This document shows, piece by piece, positions 63,001 through 64,000 of a stretch of DNA of 64,000 nucleotides. The position numbers were made by a program, and so were the translations under genes. The first letter of the stretch is position 1. The number at the start of each line of letters is the position of its first letter. Origin of the DNA: Raillietiella orientalis (Eukaryota). The notes below the pieces were generated by a model that worked only from the letters and a program-made list of their open reading frames with translations, had not been told where the DNA came from and searched no databases. The stretch is from NCBI GenBank assembly GCA_036172245.1, contig JAYWIR010000025.1, positions 2,046,001 through 2,110,000 of the forward strand. Reading direction: 5' to 3'.

Positions 63001-64000
63001 TTTTTCGGGGGAGGGGGGCAGTATTCAAACATCGTGACGAGGAGGCATCGGAGAGCGTAACGGGTTGTTTACTTCCTCGTTTGCTTTAGTTCAGTTTCAT
63101 TCACAGCTCTCTTCGAATCCAGCCAAAGCGTCGACACTTTTGTGACATGCAGAAACAAAAGCGAAAAGTGAAGGCATCTTCATAAGTGTAGGACTGACAC
63201 TCGGATTCAAGTTTCTGTTCGAATCTCGGAAAGCTCTTCCGTTTAACCCTTGTTTTCTAATACGCAGATGGGTATGTAGCAAGCATTATGTATCGACGTA
63301 TGCAATTCACAAACTGGTTGCTTGAGTGGAATTTCGTCATACGGTTGAATGAAGTTCAGGACTACTACTATTTTCCTCTTGTACACGTTTCCCCTCACCC
63401 CCCCCCCTCCTCATCCTCCTCCCCGATTCTAATCCTTGGAGCACAACCTGAGAGTGTATAACGAGAACAAGGAAGGACAAAAATTCACATTCTAGGGGAA
63501 AGGATTATTTTTACTCCTCATTTGCGATGTGGTTTAACGTTGCGCGCCGGATCCAATCCTGTTAATTTTGTGTTGAGCAAAAATTTTATCCGAAACTCCG
63601 CGACGAGGACCGAAAATTTTCGTGCTTTGGCACTCCTTTGGTATCATTCCAAGAGTGTTTTTGTCGGCTCGCTCCACCATCCAAAGAGCAGCAAGCGGCA
63701 TGCATCCTTGGGTTTCCCTGCGCGTATGTGTACGTGTAACAACACCGGGTCCTCCTAACACTCGGTCTGCTTACCACGGATTTAGGGGACCCACCCTCTT
63801 GACGTAATTTCAGCTCGTCGGATGTTCAGCACGGATTGAGGAGATGAACGTCTACAGTGGTGCATAGTGCTCGATCCTTTCACCTCCTTTTTCCCCCTTA
63901 TTTTATTATAATTTCTGTAACTGCTGTATTTCGTCCTGGCATCATTGCATGTTCTAACGGGATTCGTGAAATTCCATCGAATTCGGCCGATGTGTTTCGT

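Noticed and set aside
1..64000. CRISPR array, prokaryotic operon or defence system
   Set aside because: No regularly spaced repeat-spacer array; genes have spliceosomal introns and metazoan homologs.

Overview
Eukaryotic (metazoan, probably invertebrate/arthropod) genomic DNA with spliceosomal introns; most entries in the ORF track are spurious. Five protein-coding genes could be assembled exon by exon: a compact ZC3H11A-like CCCH zinc-finger gene (+, 2854-4032), a secreted ADA2/ADGF (CECR1-like) adenosine deaminase (+, 16981-28122), intronless B3GALT6 (+, 36075-37013), METTL14 (+, 40483-42922) and EXOSC1/CSL4 (-, 44281-45416). A GC-rich block (~7.8-32 kb) holds two decayed head-to-tail L1/Tx1-like LINEs and six copies of an unrecognised ~0.7 kb tRNA-headed SINE-like element. 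Its body is built of short hairpins, one of which keeps its pairing and a UNCG tetraloop in five diverged copies; this is the best candidate for something undescribed. Also noted: an inverted pair of these elements just past the ADA poly(A) signal, a ~140 bp direct repeat bracketing B3GALT6, two GC-AG introns with an identical 13-nt junction, and several 41-49 nt introns. No gene could be supported in 46-64 kb. All calls come from reading the sequence and recalled family motifs; no database searches were run.
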